DNA from: the human T2T-CHM13v2.0 reference genome, Homo sapiens
NCBI RefSeq assembly: GCF_009914755.1
Contig: NC_060928.1
Length of the DNA: 64,000 bases
Direction: 5' to 3' (one strand)
Shown in pieces: positions 28,699-42,001 of this stretch. Under the pieces are notes generated by a model, which worked only from the letters and a program-made list of their open reading frames with translations, was not told the origin of the DNA and searched no databases. The position numbers and the translations under genes were made by a program. Position 1 is the first letter of the stretch, and every line of letters begins with the position of its first letter.

Positions 28699-28793
28699 AT
28701 CTATCTGTCTATCTATCTATCTGTCTATCTATCTATCTGTCTATCTATCTACCTATCTATCATCTATCTTTCTGCTTTCATCTATCTGTCTAT
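28699..28793. repeat. (TATC/TGTC)n tetranucleotide repeat
   Basis: Compound GATA/GACA-type short tandem repeat. Confidence 0.92.
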
Positions 28794-29554
28794 AATTATC
28801 TTCATCTATCCATTACAATTTATCATTCTAATAAATGTACAGTGGTATTTCTTGGTTTTAGCTTTCATTTTTCTTATTTCTAATGACTAGTAATGTTGAC
28901 CATTTTTCATGTATTATTTGCCATTTGTATATTGATTTTGGTATTCAAATATTTTGTTCATTTTGTATTAGGAAGTTTTCTTTTAACTTTTGCTTTAAAA
29001 ACACATATTCTGAATACAAGCTTTTTATTTTTTTGGCCTTATGTGGGTTTTGCAAATGTGTTCTTCCAGTAAAGTTTGCCTTTTCATTGTCTTTAACCGT
29101 TTTTTTCTAGAACTAAACATTTTAATGTCAATGAGGTACATATGTACACTATATAAATGCTGTTGCTATTGTATCTATAAAATCTGCAAACTGGAGGGTG
29201 CATTTTCTTCTATATTTTCTTTTAGAAGTTGTATAATATGAGGTCTTACATTGTTCTATAATCACCTTTGAGTTTATTTTTATATACAGTTCAAGGTAGG
29301 AATTGAGATTCACTTAAATATGTTTGCATATGAATGTAAACAGCTCCAGCAACATTTGGTGAAAAATCTATCATTTCTCCTTGTAAATGAGTTTGCACCT
29401 TGGTAAAAAATTACTTGATATATCTACGGATCTATTTCTGCATTCTCTATCCAGTTCCATTGGTGTATCTGCTTATTCTTTCTTCAATATCACATTGTCT
29501 TGCTTCCTGTAGCTTCCAAGTAAGTCTTGCAATCAGGTAGCTTGAGTCTTCAGC

Positions 29555-29596
29555 TGTGTGTGTGTGTGTGTGTGTGTGTGTTGTGTGTGTGTGTGT
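29555..29596. repeat. (TG)n microsatellite with one interruption
   Basis: Direct inspection. Confidence 0.95.
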
Positions 29597-32594
29597 TTTC
29601 CAGATCATTTTGGCCATTTCTGTTCATCGACTTTCTATATAAATTTTAAAAATCATCTTGTAAATTTCTACAAAAAAAGCTTCAGAAAAAAATGATTGAG
29701 ATGGCTTTTAACAATATATTACTATGTGAAGAATTGCCACTGATACCTAGTTATCCAAGCAAAGAACATAGTATATCTCTCTGTTTGTTTTGGTCTTTTA
29801 AAATTTCTTCTATTGATGATTTCTAGTTTTAGGATATAGACCCTGAACATATTTTGTTAGGTTTATACTTAATATTTCATATTGACAGAGCTACCTAAAT
29901 AATATTTATTTCTTCTTCCTATATACTAGCAATGAAACCCTATGGGCCTGAAGATTGCTTTTGAGGGAATATTTAAGTTATAAATTTATTTTCCTTAATA
30001 GATATAGGGCTACTCAAATAATCTATTTCATTTTGGGTGAGTTGTGGTTTGTGTTTTGGAAGAATTTGCCCACACTTTTCAAGTTGTCCAATTGATGTGT
30101 GTATAGTTGTATTGCTATTCCCTTATTATTTTTGGGATGTCTTCAGGGTCTGTAGTAATAGCCTATTACTGATTATTTTAATTTGTGTCATGTCTCTCTT
30201 TTCTATTCATGCTAGAGGTATGTTCCACAAATTTTGATATTTAATATTCATACATCTACTTAGTTAAATATAATTTTGTATATTGACCTTGAGACTTTCT
30301 TTTTGAGCCATGGTTTCTTTAGAAGTGTGTTATTTTATTTCTAAGCACTTGGAAATTTTCCCACTTTATTTTGATTATTAATTTATACTTTGATTCCATT
30401 GTGATCCAAGAACACATTCCGTGTGGTTTCGGTTATTTTAAATTAAATTAGGTTGTTTCACAGAGATAGATATGTTCTATCTTGCTATATTGTCCATGGC
30501 CATTTGAAAAGAGTAAGTATTTTGAGTGAAACATTTTAAGACGTTGATTTGGTCCTGTAGATGGATGGTATTGTTGGATTGTTCTATATTCTTTCTAATT
30601 TCCTGTCTAGTTCAGTTAATTGTTAAGAAAAAGAAGTTTCAGTCTCCAACAATAATTATTCATTTGTCTATTTCTCCTTTCAGTTCTGTCAGTTTTCTCT
30701 TGTAAATTTTATAGCTCTGTTATTTGATTTATACACATTTAAGATTTCTATGTCTATGTGGTGGATTTATATTTTTATTATACAATGTCCATTTCTATCA
30801 CTGGTAATTTTCTTTCCCTTGAAGCCTACTTTCTCTGACGTTAATACAGGCACTCCTCTTTGCTGTTGATTCAGGCTTGAATGATATATCATTCTCATTT
30901 TTTTACTATCCACCTGCTTGTGGACAGTGTTTGTTGGAAAATATATTTTAATCAACTTCATGTATCTCTTCATTTTAATTGGTATATTTTGACTATATAA
31001 TGCAATTACAGATATTTACTATTAAAGTCTACAATTTATTATTATTTTTGTTCTGTTTGTTTTTTGTTTCTGTTTTTTTTTTCTCCTGCTTTCCTGTGGG
31101 TTAAGTGAACAATTTTTAGAATTCAATTTAGATTGCCTATACTGTTTGTTATATACACTTTGTATATCCTGTCTTAGTGGTTCTTTTAGGTATTATATTC
31201 TATATACATAACATGACCAGTGACCGATGTCATCATTTTACCAACTTAAGTGGGATGTAGAAAACTTACCTTTCTTTATGTTCTGATACTTTCCTCTTTT
31301 ACAATCATTTTAAACATTTCTTCTACATAACATTTTAAAATGAATTAGTGTTAAAAATTGGTTCAACCACTAAATTTAAATTAGAAAACTTGAGAGAAGG
31401 AAAGAATATCATATATACCCATAATTCTGCTTATTATATTCTTTTTTCTTCCTCATAGTCAAAGATTTCTCTTTTTATAATTTCTCCTCTGTTTAGTGAA
31501 TTTCCATTAGCCATTCTTTTTAAAAAAATATCAGTCTACTGGTGATAAATTCTCTTAGTTTTCCTTTATATTATAATGCTGAAAAATATTCCTTTTATTT
31601 ATGAAAAATATTCATGCTGGATAGAGGATTCTGCTTTAACAGTTACTTTCTGTTTACACATGAAAAACGTGCCACTTTCTCCTGAGCTCCAAGTCTTCTA
31701 ATCAAAATTCACTGTCATATAAATTATCTTTCTTGTAGTGATTTGTCATTTTATTCTCTTTGCTTTTAAGATTTTTCTTTTCAGAAACTTGACAACAATA
31801 TATATTGTGATAAGTGTGTGTGCTTTGTGTGTGTGTTGGGAGTGGTTTATGATGGAAGTCACTCTGTGTCTTTAATCTGTAGGTTTATGTTTTTTCAAAC
31901 ATTTGTTGAGCCATTATTTTTTCAAGCACTTATTAACTTACCCACTTTGTCCTCCCCTTCCAGGACTTCATATCACACAAATATTAGATCTTTTGTTGTA
32001 GATGCACAGTAATCTGAAGCTCTATTTTTTTTTAATTTTTTGGTCTATTTTCTTTCTGTTGCTCAGATTGGATAATTACTATAGTTCTATCTTCTGGTCC
32101 ACTGAATATTCACTCTGTTTCCTCTATTTTTCTGTTAAGCTCACCCATTATTTTTCAGTTCTAAGATTTCCATTGAAATCTGTTTTATATCTTCTAAATC
32201 TTTGTTGACACTTTCTATTGCTTTGTTGGTGCATGCTATTTTTGTTTAAATTCTTTTGTTTTAATTACTAGTTGAAGCTCTTTCTGTCAGATAATTCTAG
32301 CCTTCCATTACCTCAATGTTGGCATTTATTAATTGCCTTTTTCAGTCAGTTGGAAATCTTCTTTGTTCTTGAAGTGAGTGATCTTCAATCAAAACTTGTC
32401 TGGATCTTATTTAAACCCTTTGTTTTAGTTGAGTGCCTCTGACTTCACTTTAGCAGAAGAAAGGAGATGTCTGCAAGGTTCTCTGCTCAGCCTCCATTGA
32501 CAACAGGATGGGACAGAGTCTCCCTGTTAGTGCTGGGTGGGAGTGGGGGTTCTGCCTCCCCCTGGGCTTCCACAGATACATTTCTGAACGTAAA

Positions 32595-32783
32595 AAATCT
32601 CTCTGCCTCCTTTTCTCTTCTTATAAGGGCACTTGTCATTGGATTCAGGGCCCGCTGTAGTCAAGTATGAACTCATTTCACTATCACTAATTACAACTGT
32701 AAGGGCTCTATCTCCAAATCATATCACAATCTGAGATGCCGGTGTTCCATGAATTTGAATAGAACACTATTCAACCCACTACA
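32595..32783 (-). mobile_element. MLT1 LTR fragment
   Basis: tcttataagggcacttgtcattggattcagggccc...actattcaacccactaca. Confidence 0.75.
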
Positions 32784-32926
32784 CCTTCTCAAGCTCCTCT
32801 TCTTTAACAACACCTCAACCTTTCCATTTCTAGGAAGGAGAGAAAAAGAGAAAGAGACATACACAGAGGGACAGAGTGGAGAGTCTCTATTGGTCATGCT
32901 CATTAAGCATCCTGATATTAAGCCTG

Positions 32927-33320
32927 TGCTATGGTTTGAATGTATCTTTCAAAGTTCATGTGTTGGAAACAATCCCCAATGCAACAGTGTTGAAAGGTGG
33001 AACCTTTAAGAGGTGCTTATGTTGTGAGGGCTCTGCCCTCATGAATGGATTAATGCCATGATCTGAAGTAGGGTGGTTATCTTGAGAGTAGGTTCCTGAT
33101 AAAAGGAAGAGTTCACCCACCTTCACTTCTCTTGCAAGTATTCTCACTTACCCTTTGCCTTGCCCCAATGTATAACACAACAAGAAGGCCTTTGCAGGAT
33201 GTGGGAACCTTGCCCTTGGACTTCCCAGCCTCCAGAACTATAAGATATAAATCTCTGCTTTTTATAAATTACCTAGTCTCAGGTATTCTGTCACGGCCAC
33301 ACAAAGTGAATTAAGATATA
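32927..33320 (+). mobile_element. MSTD-like LTR
   Basis: tgctatggtttgaatgt...gagggctctgccctcatgaatggattaatgcc...ttggacttcccagcctccagaact. Confidence 0.88.
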
Positions 33321-36300
33321 CCACCCTGACACTTAGTCAGAAGATAGGAAAGGGAAACGGACTAGAAAATTCACTGCTGTGTTGTTGTTCTTTTAGATTC
33401 TATTACCCTCCTCGGCCTGCCTGGAATTATTTATTTTAAGAGTCATCAGGTTTTACATTTTCTGTTCAGGGATTTTAGTTATAATTAATGGGAGACATAG
33501 CATGGTATGTATTGATTTCATCTTAGCTAGAACCAGAAATCTTCAGTCCAATTATATTTAATGTAAATATCCATCTGGCTATGTTTAGGTCTACCATATT
33601 TTAATTTTTTTCTTTGTCCTTTTTAACTTTTATTCTTCTATTCTCTCTTTCCTGCATTCTTTATATTTACTTGGATATTTTTGTGTTCTATTTTTATTTA
33701 TGAATTAACTTTTTAAAGTGACATATCTTTATATTATTTTCATGGTTCCTCTACAGAATATAATGCCTAAATTTTCACATTCTAGTTGGTTGCCATAGTG
33801 GTCATAAATACACGTATATATTATTTATTATACATATATATATCCAATATATTACTTATATGTATCTACCAGAAAATACTGTCATAATATAAATTTTTGC
33901 TTTCAACAATTATCTTTCAAATAATTTATCCAGACAGCTGCCATTTTTGTTACTATTCTTTCAATTCTGAAGATCCAAATTTCTTTCTTCCTTTAGTCTA
34001 AAGATATTTCTTTAGCATTCCTTTAGGGTAGGACTTCTGACAACATATTTTTCCAGTCTTCTTTTATTTATAATGTTTTGATATTGTCTTTATTTCTGAA
34101 ATTTAATTTTGCTGAATACAGAGATTTAGGTTGACAGCTCTCTTCCTTCAGCACTTTAAAGATGCTCTTCTACTATATTCTGGCCTTTGTAGTTTCTGGT
34201 AAGACCTGCTATTTATGTAGTTTTTCTCATATATATAAAATACTATTTTTCCCTACCTACCTTCACGTTTTCTCCCCCCTTTGACTTTTAGAAATGTGGC
34301 TATGATGGGTCTTGGTTGGCTTCCTTAAGTTCATCTTGTTTGAGGTTTCACAAGATTTTTGAACCCGTAAATTTATATTTTTCTTCTCAAATTTTGAAAA
34401 CTCTATTATTTTGTCAAATATTTTTATTTTCCTATTTCTATTGTCTATCCTTCTAGTGCTTTGATGGAATATATATTATATCTCTTGATATTAGGCCAGG
34501 AGCTCTGTTTATTTTTGTTTTAAATTTTTTTTTCTCTCTGACCTTCAGGATTTATAAATGTTATTGATTTATCTTCAGATTCACTTAACCATCTTCTGTC
34601 ATCTTCATTGTGCTATTAAGCCCATATAATGATTTTATTTTACAACTATTCCTTTTCCTTGTCCTAAAATGTTCTTTTGATTCTTTTTTATTTCAATGCT
34701 AAGAACTTCTGTCTTTCCATTTATATTTAAGTATGTTTATCTTTTTCTTATGGAGGACAATTATACTAGATGATTAAAAGTCTTTATTTGATCATTTCAA
34801 TGTCCAGGTCATTTCTACATTAGTATTTGTTGATTTTCACTTTGCTTGAGAATTGGCCATATTTTCCTGGTTCCTTGTGAACTTAGTAATTTTGGATTAT
34901 ATCAGTGACATTTTGAATGTTATGTTTAGATTATGAATACTGTTATAATCTAGAGAGTGTTTATTTTCTTTAGTTTTGCAGAAAATCAAACTCACTGGTT
35001 TCAGGCCATGAGGCTAGTTTGCCTTCTTTAAATGTTAGTTTCAATCCCAGCTTTTCAGGGTCTTTGCTATGTTGCAGCACGTCCATCCCACATATGTAGA
35101 TGTCATAAATGAGCCCCAGATTAGTTTCCACTCATGCACAAAATTGAGAACTCTTCTTTTCTTGTTGTCTCCCCTCTAAGATATTCTGTGACACTCTCTG
35201 GCCCACACAGTTTTCTTTATCCAGTTCCATTAGATTTTATTTTTCTACTTCTCTTGAGTGCACTTGTACCACTGGAACCTGCCTTTGGGGCACACCATAA
35301 GAACAATGAGTATAAAATAATAAAAATAAAGAGGAAACACATTCCTTTACAGGTTACTTCCTCTGATTTTGACTTCCTTCTGTGATCTACTTGTTCTTAC
35401 TTATTTTTTAAACTCTTCAGATAATTGCTTTTTTTGTACTTTATTTAGTTCTTCATTGTAATCAGTAGGAAAGATAACCCATAGTGAATATATCCTACCA
35501 TGCTGGAAGAATTGAAAAACCTTGGTATTTTCAATTCCTGATGAGTCAGATGGTTCTGAAGATTTTATTTGTTCCATTAAAGACTTTTTTTTTTTCCCAC
35601 AAAATAGCATCACACTTGATGGGAAAATGGCTGAAAAACTAGGAAACTGAACATAATTAATATAATTAATAAATGCTAACAAAGTTTCTATTCTAAAGGA
35701 AAAAGTTTCTAGGTCTATTGGAATGAAAACTTAGCTTTAATCACCAATACTTCATTTTCTGAAAATTCATCTTAATATCAAAATAAAAAGACCATACTAT
35801 TTTTAGAGAAATATATCTCATCCTATTTGATCATCATAATTATGAAAATCTCAATAATATGAATGAAAATCCATAAAAACCAGAGTAAGAAAGATATTAA
35901 GCAAAACCATAAATATAGTTCTACATCATATTTTTTCATTTTCTAACATTGGAGATATACACACAACTCATTACTATTCTGAGACTTTTGTTAGCAAGGA
36001 TTAACATTGTCCTTCTTTAGATTCCACATGCACATAAATATTAAATATATATTCTCATCCATTTTTTTCTTGTAATCCAAACAGAAAGCTGTAGAATGTA
36101 GTAAGGGATTATTACAAAAACTGAGCATATCCTCCAAACAGATTAAAGGAACATATCTATTATTAATCCTGATGTTTCCAAGCATATTAAATATTGTTTA
36201 ACCTGCTACAAATAATTGAACTTGTATAACCACTGTATGTGCCAATATTAAGAATTAGGCATACTCTTGATTAATGTAGTAGATGGTTTCAGGCCTCAAG

Positions 36301-37419
36301 GCCTTAAAGCAGTGCTGTAAATCTGCTTATATATTAAAAGAGCCCTTGAAGCTTTAACTTTATATTATCCTTCTAGTTGGTTGCTTAGTACAAACTACAT
36401 AAACTTAAGTAGCTGTCAATATCTACGATGAAGTTAATCATTGTGTTGTTAAAAGGGTTTTGTTAAAAGGAACAATTCATCATTTGTATTTAATAATTGG
36501 TCAAATTGTATTGAAGTTAAAAAGTTTTTCATTTGTTTATATCTACAGGAAATATGAATTTGGCAATTACCATTAACATTTAAAATTGTAAAGTGAAAAA
36601 AATATAGTTCCTAGACTTCAAGAAATCTAATTAAGATGGAAAGCCATATACTGAAGAAATATCACATTACTAACCCAGGCAGGATATGTTAAATCACCTT
36701 GGACGACTAAAATTCTGCTGCTTTTCTCATCTATGAAATGAGTTTGACACTACATTTTTAAAGTTTCAAAAACAGTTGCCAAATTAGTGCTCTATACATA
36801 AGTAGTGTACACCAATAAAGGATGGAAGATGAATGATTGTTAGTCCCATGTCTATAAATGCTTATCAATTTCTAGTTAATAGTGAGTTATTAACATTCAA
36901 CCAAGTAAAGAGATTATCCCACCCTAAAAAAAATTTGAAAGTATAATTATATGATTTATTAATAATATAGTGATACAATATAATTTGATATAATAAACTA
37001 AATAAAATTAGAGATTTGATATCACACTACCCTATACTGGCTAAAACACACCTGAGTATTATAGTATCTATATTTTATTAAATAAAAAACAACATCTTTA
37101 ATGGTAAAGCCACTCAAAGTATTTCAAATTAAAAATGAGCCAAAGAAGTTTTTATGAATGGACACAAATTAGTTCTTCAATTAGCCAAAGGCTGTCTTTA
37201 AGGAGTTTGAACAAAGGCATTCTGCAAAATCATAAAGAATATTAACAATGAATGAATAAAAAGAGATATATATCTTTTTTTACAATTGGGTATACCATGG
37301 AATTGTCCTATCAGATGTTACTCTTTAAAATGTTCTTATGATCAAGTAATTTTAGAAAACATGGAATATCAAATATTCTAAAAAATTTACAGCACACTTG
37401 TAAATTTCAAGATTACTTT

Positions 37420-37743
37420 GTTGAGCCTTCATTATGTAGGCATGAGTGACTGAATCATGAGTCACTTGGTTGAACACAATCTGCAGTCCGGCCTCCTCTC
37501 TTCTGCAGAGGCCAGGCGGATATCACTTAGCTCCAATGTCCTGACCTTCTAACCACATGTTCTTTCTGCCATGGCCAACCTCAGCCTCCATCATTTATTT
37601 ACCGTAAATCATGGATCACCTCATTAGCATAACGGCCTAGGAAGTATAACAAAAACACTCCAATCGCTTGATAAATTCTAGCAGTTTAGAGGTTACCTCC
37701 CAGGAACCTGGGATATATGCCAGCCAAATTCATTATTACACAA
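37420..37743 (-). mobile_element. MER21-like LTR fragment
   Basis: cttcattatgtaggcatga...cacctcattagcata...tttagaggttacctcccaggaacc...ttcattattacaca. Confidence 0.7.
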
Positions 37744-38301
37744 AGGTGCACCTCAGAATAATCAAGAAAGCATCCCATGAAAGAGCCTGTACTCAGACAT
37801 CTGCCCCAGAAAAGGGGGGTTTCAACATCAGACTGTAATGGCAACATTCAAGTAATAAATTCTAATGCTCTTCCCCTAAATTTTGCTGCTCTGACCCTGG
37901 ATAGAGGAAGTGGGGTTGAGATGGAGCAAGAAAGACAGAGGAAATTACAGCTTCTTTATCCACTGCTGGTTTCTCTGAGCATTGACTTGCCAGGGAGCTG
38001 TGAGGGAGAGGAACTTTTTTAATGGAATGATGATTTATATTTTATTTACATTGAGATAGGTTGTTAATTTCTGAAAATGAGATTGAGAGTAACTTGGAAG
38101 TTTTGCCTTCTGCCCCATATTTTCTCCAGTGCCAGAGACAAGAAATCCAATACGGTAGGCTTAGAAAAGCATGGTGGGAGGAAAAACAAATTGATTTTGC
38201 CCTTTCTGGTTCAGCTAGTTCAATAATCTATTTGTGAGTGCATTTCAATCCCTTAGGAAATTGTAATTTAACTCTCACTGTCCGTGGTCAAACATGCTTT
38301 A

Positions 38302-38851
38302 CCACAGGTCTTCCACTAACATTGTTTTGTTCAACGTTGTTTTGTCATAATGTTGATAAGAAAATAAAAAAAATAATAATAATAAAAAAATGGCTTTCTA
38401 GCCAGAGCCACTGTCTGTGTGGACGCTGCATTTTCTCCTTACATCCTCATGGGTTTTCTCCTAGGATTCTGGTTTCCTGCCACATCCCAAAGCTGTGTAT
38501 GTTTGGTTCACTGGTGTGTGTACATTGTCCCAGTGTGAGTGAGTGTGGGTGACTGTGAATCACCCTGCTGTGGGATGATACCCTGGACTGAAATAAGCAG
38601 GTAAATAATTATCTTACTTGTTTTGATTAATCCCTTTTAAATGTATGTATATAGCACACATGTATTTCAATGTTTCATATTAGAAGTATTTTGGTGTTTG
38701 TTTGTTTGTTTAGAAGTTTGGTAATGTTTTTGTGACCAGGAACTTTAGTCCATATCAATTAACCTATGGGAAAATTGGTTTCTTTATAGCCATTTTGCTT
38801 GAAGTCTCAGTTTCCAAGAACTGACCGGCAATGTTGAGTGAGCACTTACTG
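38302..38851 (+). mobile_element. MER6/MER6A Tigger-type DNA transposon
   Basis: caggtc...ttgttcaacgttgttttgtcataatgttgat; central gccactgtctgtgtgga...ccacatcccaaag; end tttccaagaac...gtgagcacttactg. Confidence 0.85.
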
Positions 38852-39584
38852 CACAGGCACTTGGTGGGGATGGTTGTAAGGAAATAAAGATAGGCTCAAT
38901 TTGTCCTAGACTTTACTGTCCCCTCCAGTCCTGGGTTTCTCTCATCAGGTTCACATAGGAGAGCATCACTGTCATCTGGAGTTTAGAGGGTTTTGTCCTG
39001 AACTGCCCACTGAGGTTGCTCCAAAAGTGGTAGCAAGGTTCCCACAAGGAAGTGCCCCAAACCTTCCTGGGAGGAGGCTGGCTGGGATTCCAGAGAAAGA
39101 AGCACTAAACGAGAGGGAGATCAGTCCAAAGCCCTTGTAGAGGCCCTTTGTACAGAGTGCTGCAGCAATCCTGGAGATGGACAGAGAGAACAAAGGGATG
39201 TTCTAGCTAGGAATGCCTGCAGCCAGAAGGCCAGGATGTGGAGTTTACATCAGGGTTTAATGCATTTGGCTCAGGGCTGGGCCAGTTTCTTTCAGTGTTT
39301 TGGACAACAACCTAGATGGCTTTATTGGTGCCTGGGAATATTCAGGGCCTAGTATGGGATCCAGCCTGCTAGGAAAACATCAGCTTGCTGTGCCACTCTG
39401 TGATTTTTTTAAAGCACTGTACGATTTTTTTTTTTTTTTTATCTCAGGACACAGAAGGAAAGTGACCTTACAGGGGAGAGATTCACAGAATTAGTTACAA
39501 CTTTCCTTTATCACTTAACATTGGAGTTCATACTGCTATATTGATATTCTATTGAAACTAAATATTGAAGTCACATGGTCATGA

Positions 39585-39838
39585 TGAATAGCAAACATTT
39601 ATACATCACCTACTATGTCAGAATATTTCAAATATTTTTCTATTTTAACTTATTTAATTCTCTCCATAAGCCTAAAGTTGGGTTCTTTTACTACCAGCAT
39701 TTTACGGATAAGAAAACTAAGACACAGAAAGGTTAAGTAAAATTCCTAATGTTAAACAGCCGGTTAGTCTTCGACTCAAGTATTTATCCAAGTATACTAT
39801 CTCTAAATTCCACATAATCCACTACTATCGAACTGCCT
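39585..39838 (-). mobile_element. MIR SINE
   Basis: MIR core cattttacggataagaaaactaagacacagaaaggttaagtaa. Confidence 0.8.
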
Positions 39839-39895
39839 CTAATGTAATCAAAATCATATTATGAGTGCAAGGCATCTAAAAACTAGTCTGTTTCA

Positions 39896-40203
39896 GCAGG
39901 GCGTGGTGGCTCACACCTGTAATCCCAGGACTTTGGGAGACTCAGGTGGGCAGATCAATTGAGGTCAGGAGTACAAGACCAGCCTGGCCAACATGGTGAA
40001 ACCCCATCTCTACTAAAAATACAAAAATTAGCCAGGTGTGGTGGCAGGTGCCTGTAGTCCCAGCTCCTCGGGAGGCCGAAGCAGGAGAATTGCTTGAATC
40101 TGTTAGGCGGAGGTTGCAGTGAGCCGAGATCTTGCCACTGCCCTCCATACTGGGCGACACAGTGAGACTCTGTCTCAAAAACAAACAAACAAACAAACAA
40201 ACA
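39896..40203 (+). mobile_element. Alu (AluSx-like) with an (AAAC)n tail
   Basis: Full Alu. TSD actagtctgtttca / accagtctatttca. Confidence 0.96.
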
Positions 40204-41349
40204 GACCAGTCTATTTCAAGTTCCTTACCATACGGTTGAGGTACAAAATTAAATAGCAAGCTAATGAAGATAGGTACAGTGTAGCAATACCATTATTTTT
40301 TTTAACACCAATCTTCTGACTCTTTTTACAATGTCCTTTTGATTGATTATTTTAGAAACTTTTATCTTCCTTTGTTTTAATTCCAGGGAACCTTTCTTTA
40401 AATTGAATCTCCTGTGGAATCTGCTGCATAAAACTGAAAAGTCCCACTGAGCTGAAGTGGGAATTCAGAGCTTTGCTTGCTCCCCACCACCTGTTCTTGT
40501 CTTGTTTGACATCTCTGTGCTATTTCATGCATCTCTTTTTAGAGTTACATTTCCCTTAGCATCTGTGACACAAGACCCCTCTAATTCTCATGCTACTTCA
40601 TAATGTCTTATTTTTTAACCTTATTTAACAGGGGGTGGGGACAGGGAACTGCAAATCTTCATCTGCTCACAGTTTAAATGTAAATATATGACAAATTTTC
40701 TGGTGACAGTACTGTATAGATAAAAATTTGAGAAAAGCAAGTAGTGTTCAACAAGAGACTTGAAAGATAAGAAGTAATTTCACAATGAGAAGGAAATGGA
40801 TAATGGATTACCTCAGAAGAAGGAGGAAAGTACCGGTTAATTCAAGTTATGATATTATTGAATTGAAAAAGTGCAGACAGAAAATGTATCTTTTGAGTTA
40901 AATAGCATATACCTTTCTTATTAGTTAAAATAGTCTTCACTGTCTTTAACCTAAAGAGTTACAGTGTTCCCAGTGGGATTTAAAGTTACTTTTTAATGAG
41001 ATAAGGAATCATAGAACCTAATTAACTTATCATTAAGAAAACTAGAGAGATTTAAAAATATACATAATTCTTGGGGCAGGGAGAGAAAGGAGAAACAATA
41101 TATTATACCATTCACTCTTGGAGTAGGTACAGTGTGAAAACTAGAAATAGAATAGAACAACATTTATACACAGCCCTTTTCCAGTATGACTTTCCCTTAT
41201 TGGGCATATTTGAAGTGGGTATCATTCAGAATGTAATCAATAGATTAAAATTTGGGAGATGATGGTCAAAGTTATTTTTTTTCCCTTTGGATCCCTTCAT
41301 AGGCAGCTGGCACATAGGAATAGTTGGTGACTATGTCCCAAAAAGTCTT

Positions 41350-41670
41350 TATTTTATTTTGTTATTTATTATTTATTGATTTACTCTTCGAGACAGGGTC
41401 TTGTTCGTTTGCCCAGGCTGCAGTGCAGTGGCAAGATCATGGTTCATTCCAGCCTCAAACTCCTTGGCCCAAACACTCTTCCTGCCTCAGCCTCCCAAGT
41501 AGCTGGTAGTGCAGACATGTGCTACATCACCCAAGTTTTTATTATTATTTTTTGTAGAGAGAGGGTCTTGCTATTTTTCCCAGGCTTGTCAAACTCCTGC
41601 CCTTAAGGGATCCTCCTGCCTTGCCCTCCCGAAGTGTTGGGAATATAGGCATGGGCCACCATGCCCTGCC
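41350..41670 (-). mobile_element. AluJ-like
   Basis: Diverged antisense Alu with the AluJ-type motifs gacagggtcttg and gatcctcctgcc. Confidence 0.9.
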
Positions 41671-41728
41671 AGTATATTTTATTTGAATTTGGTAAAACCA
41701 ATACAAACACATAACGCTAAAGGAAAGA

Positions 41729-42001
41729 ATCTCGCTCTGTCGCCCAGGCTGGAGTGCAGTGGAGCGATCTCGGCTCACTGCAAGCTCTGCCTCCCGGGTT
41801 CACGCCATTCTCTTGCCTCAGCCTCCTGAGTAGCTGGGACTACAGGCACCCGCCACCACGCCCAGCTAATTTTTTGTATTTTTAGTAGAGACAGGGTTTC
41901 ACCGTGTTAGCCAGGATGATTTCGGTCTCCTGACCTTGTGATCTGTCTGCCTTGGCCTCCCAAAGTGATGGGATTACAGGTGTGAACCACGGCGCCCGGC
42001 C
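41729..42001 (-). mobile_element. AluY-like lacking its 3' end and poly-A
   Basis: Contains gcaagctctgcctcccgggttcacgccattctc. Begins abruptly at tctcgctctgtcgccc with no poly-T. Confidence 0.95.

Larger units (their letters stand above)
26525..35510 (-). mobile_element. Cluster of ancient antisense L1M fragments (L1MA to L1ME), split by an Alu and several LTRs
   Basis: T-rich antisense L1 motifs: 3'-end-like sequence at 26530 and 26790, ORF2-like at 28.5-31 kb, ORF1-like at 31.5-32.3 kb and 34-34.9 kb. Individual boundaries were not resolved. Confidence 0.75.
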
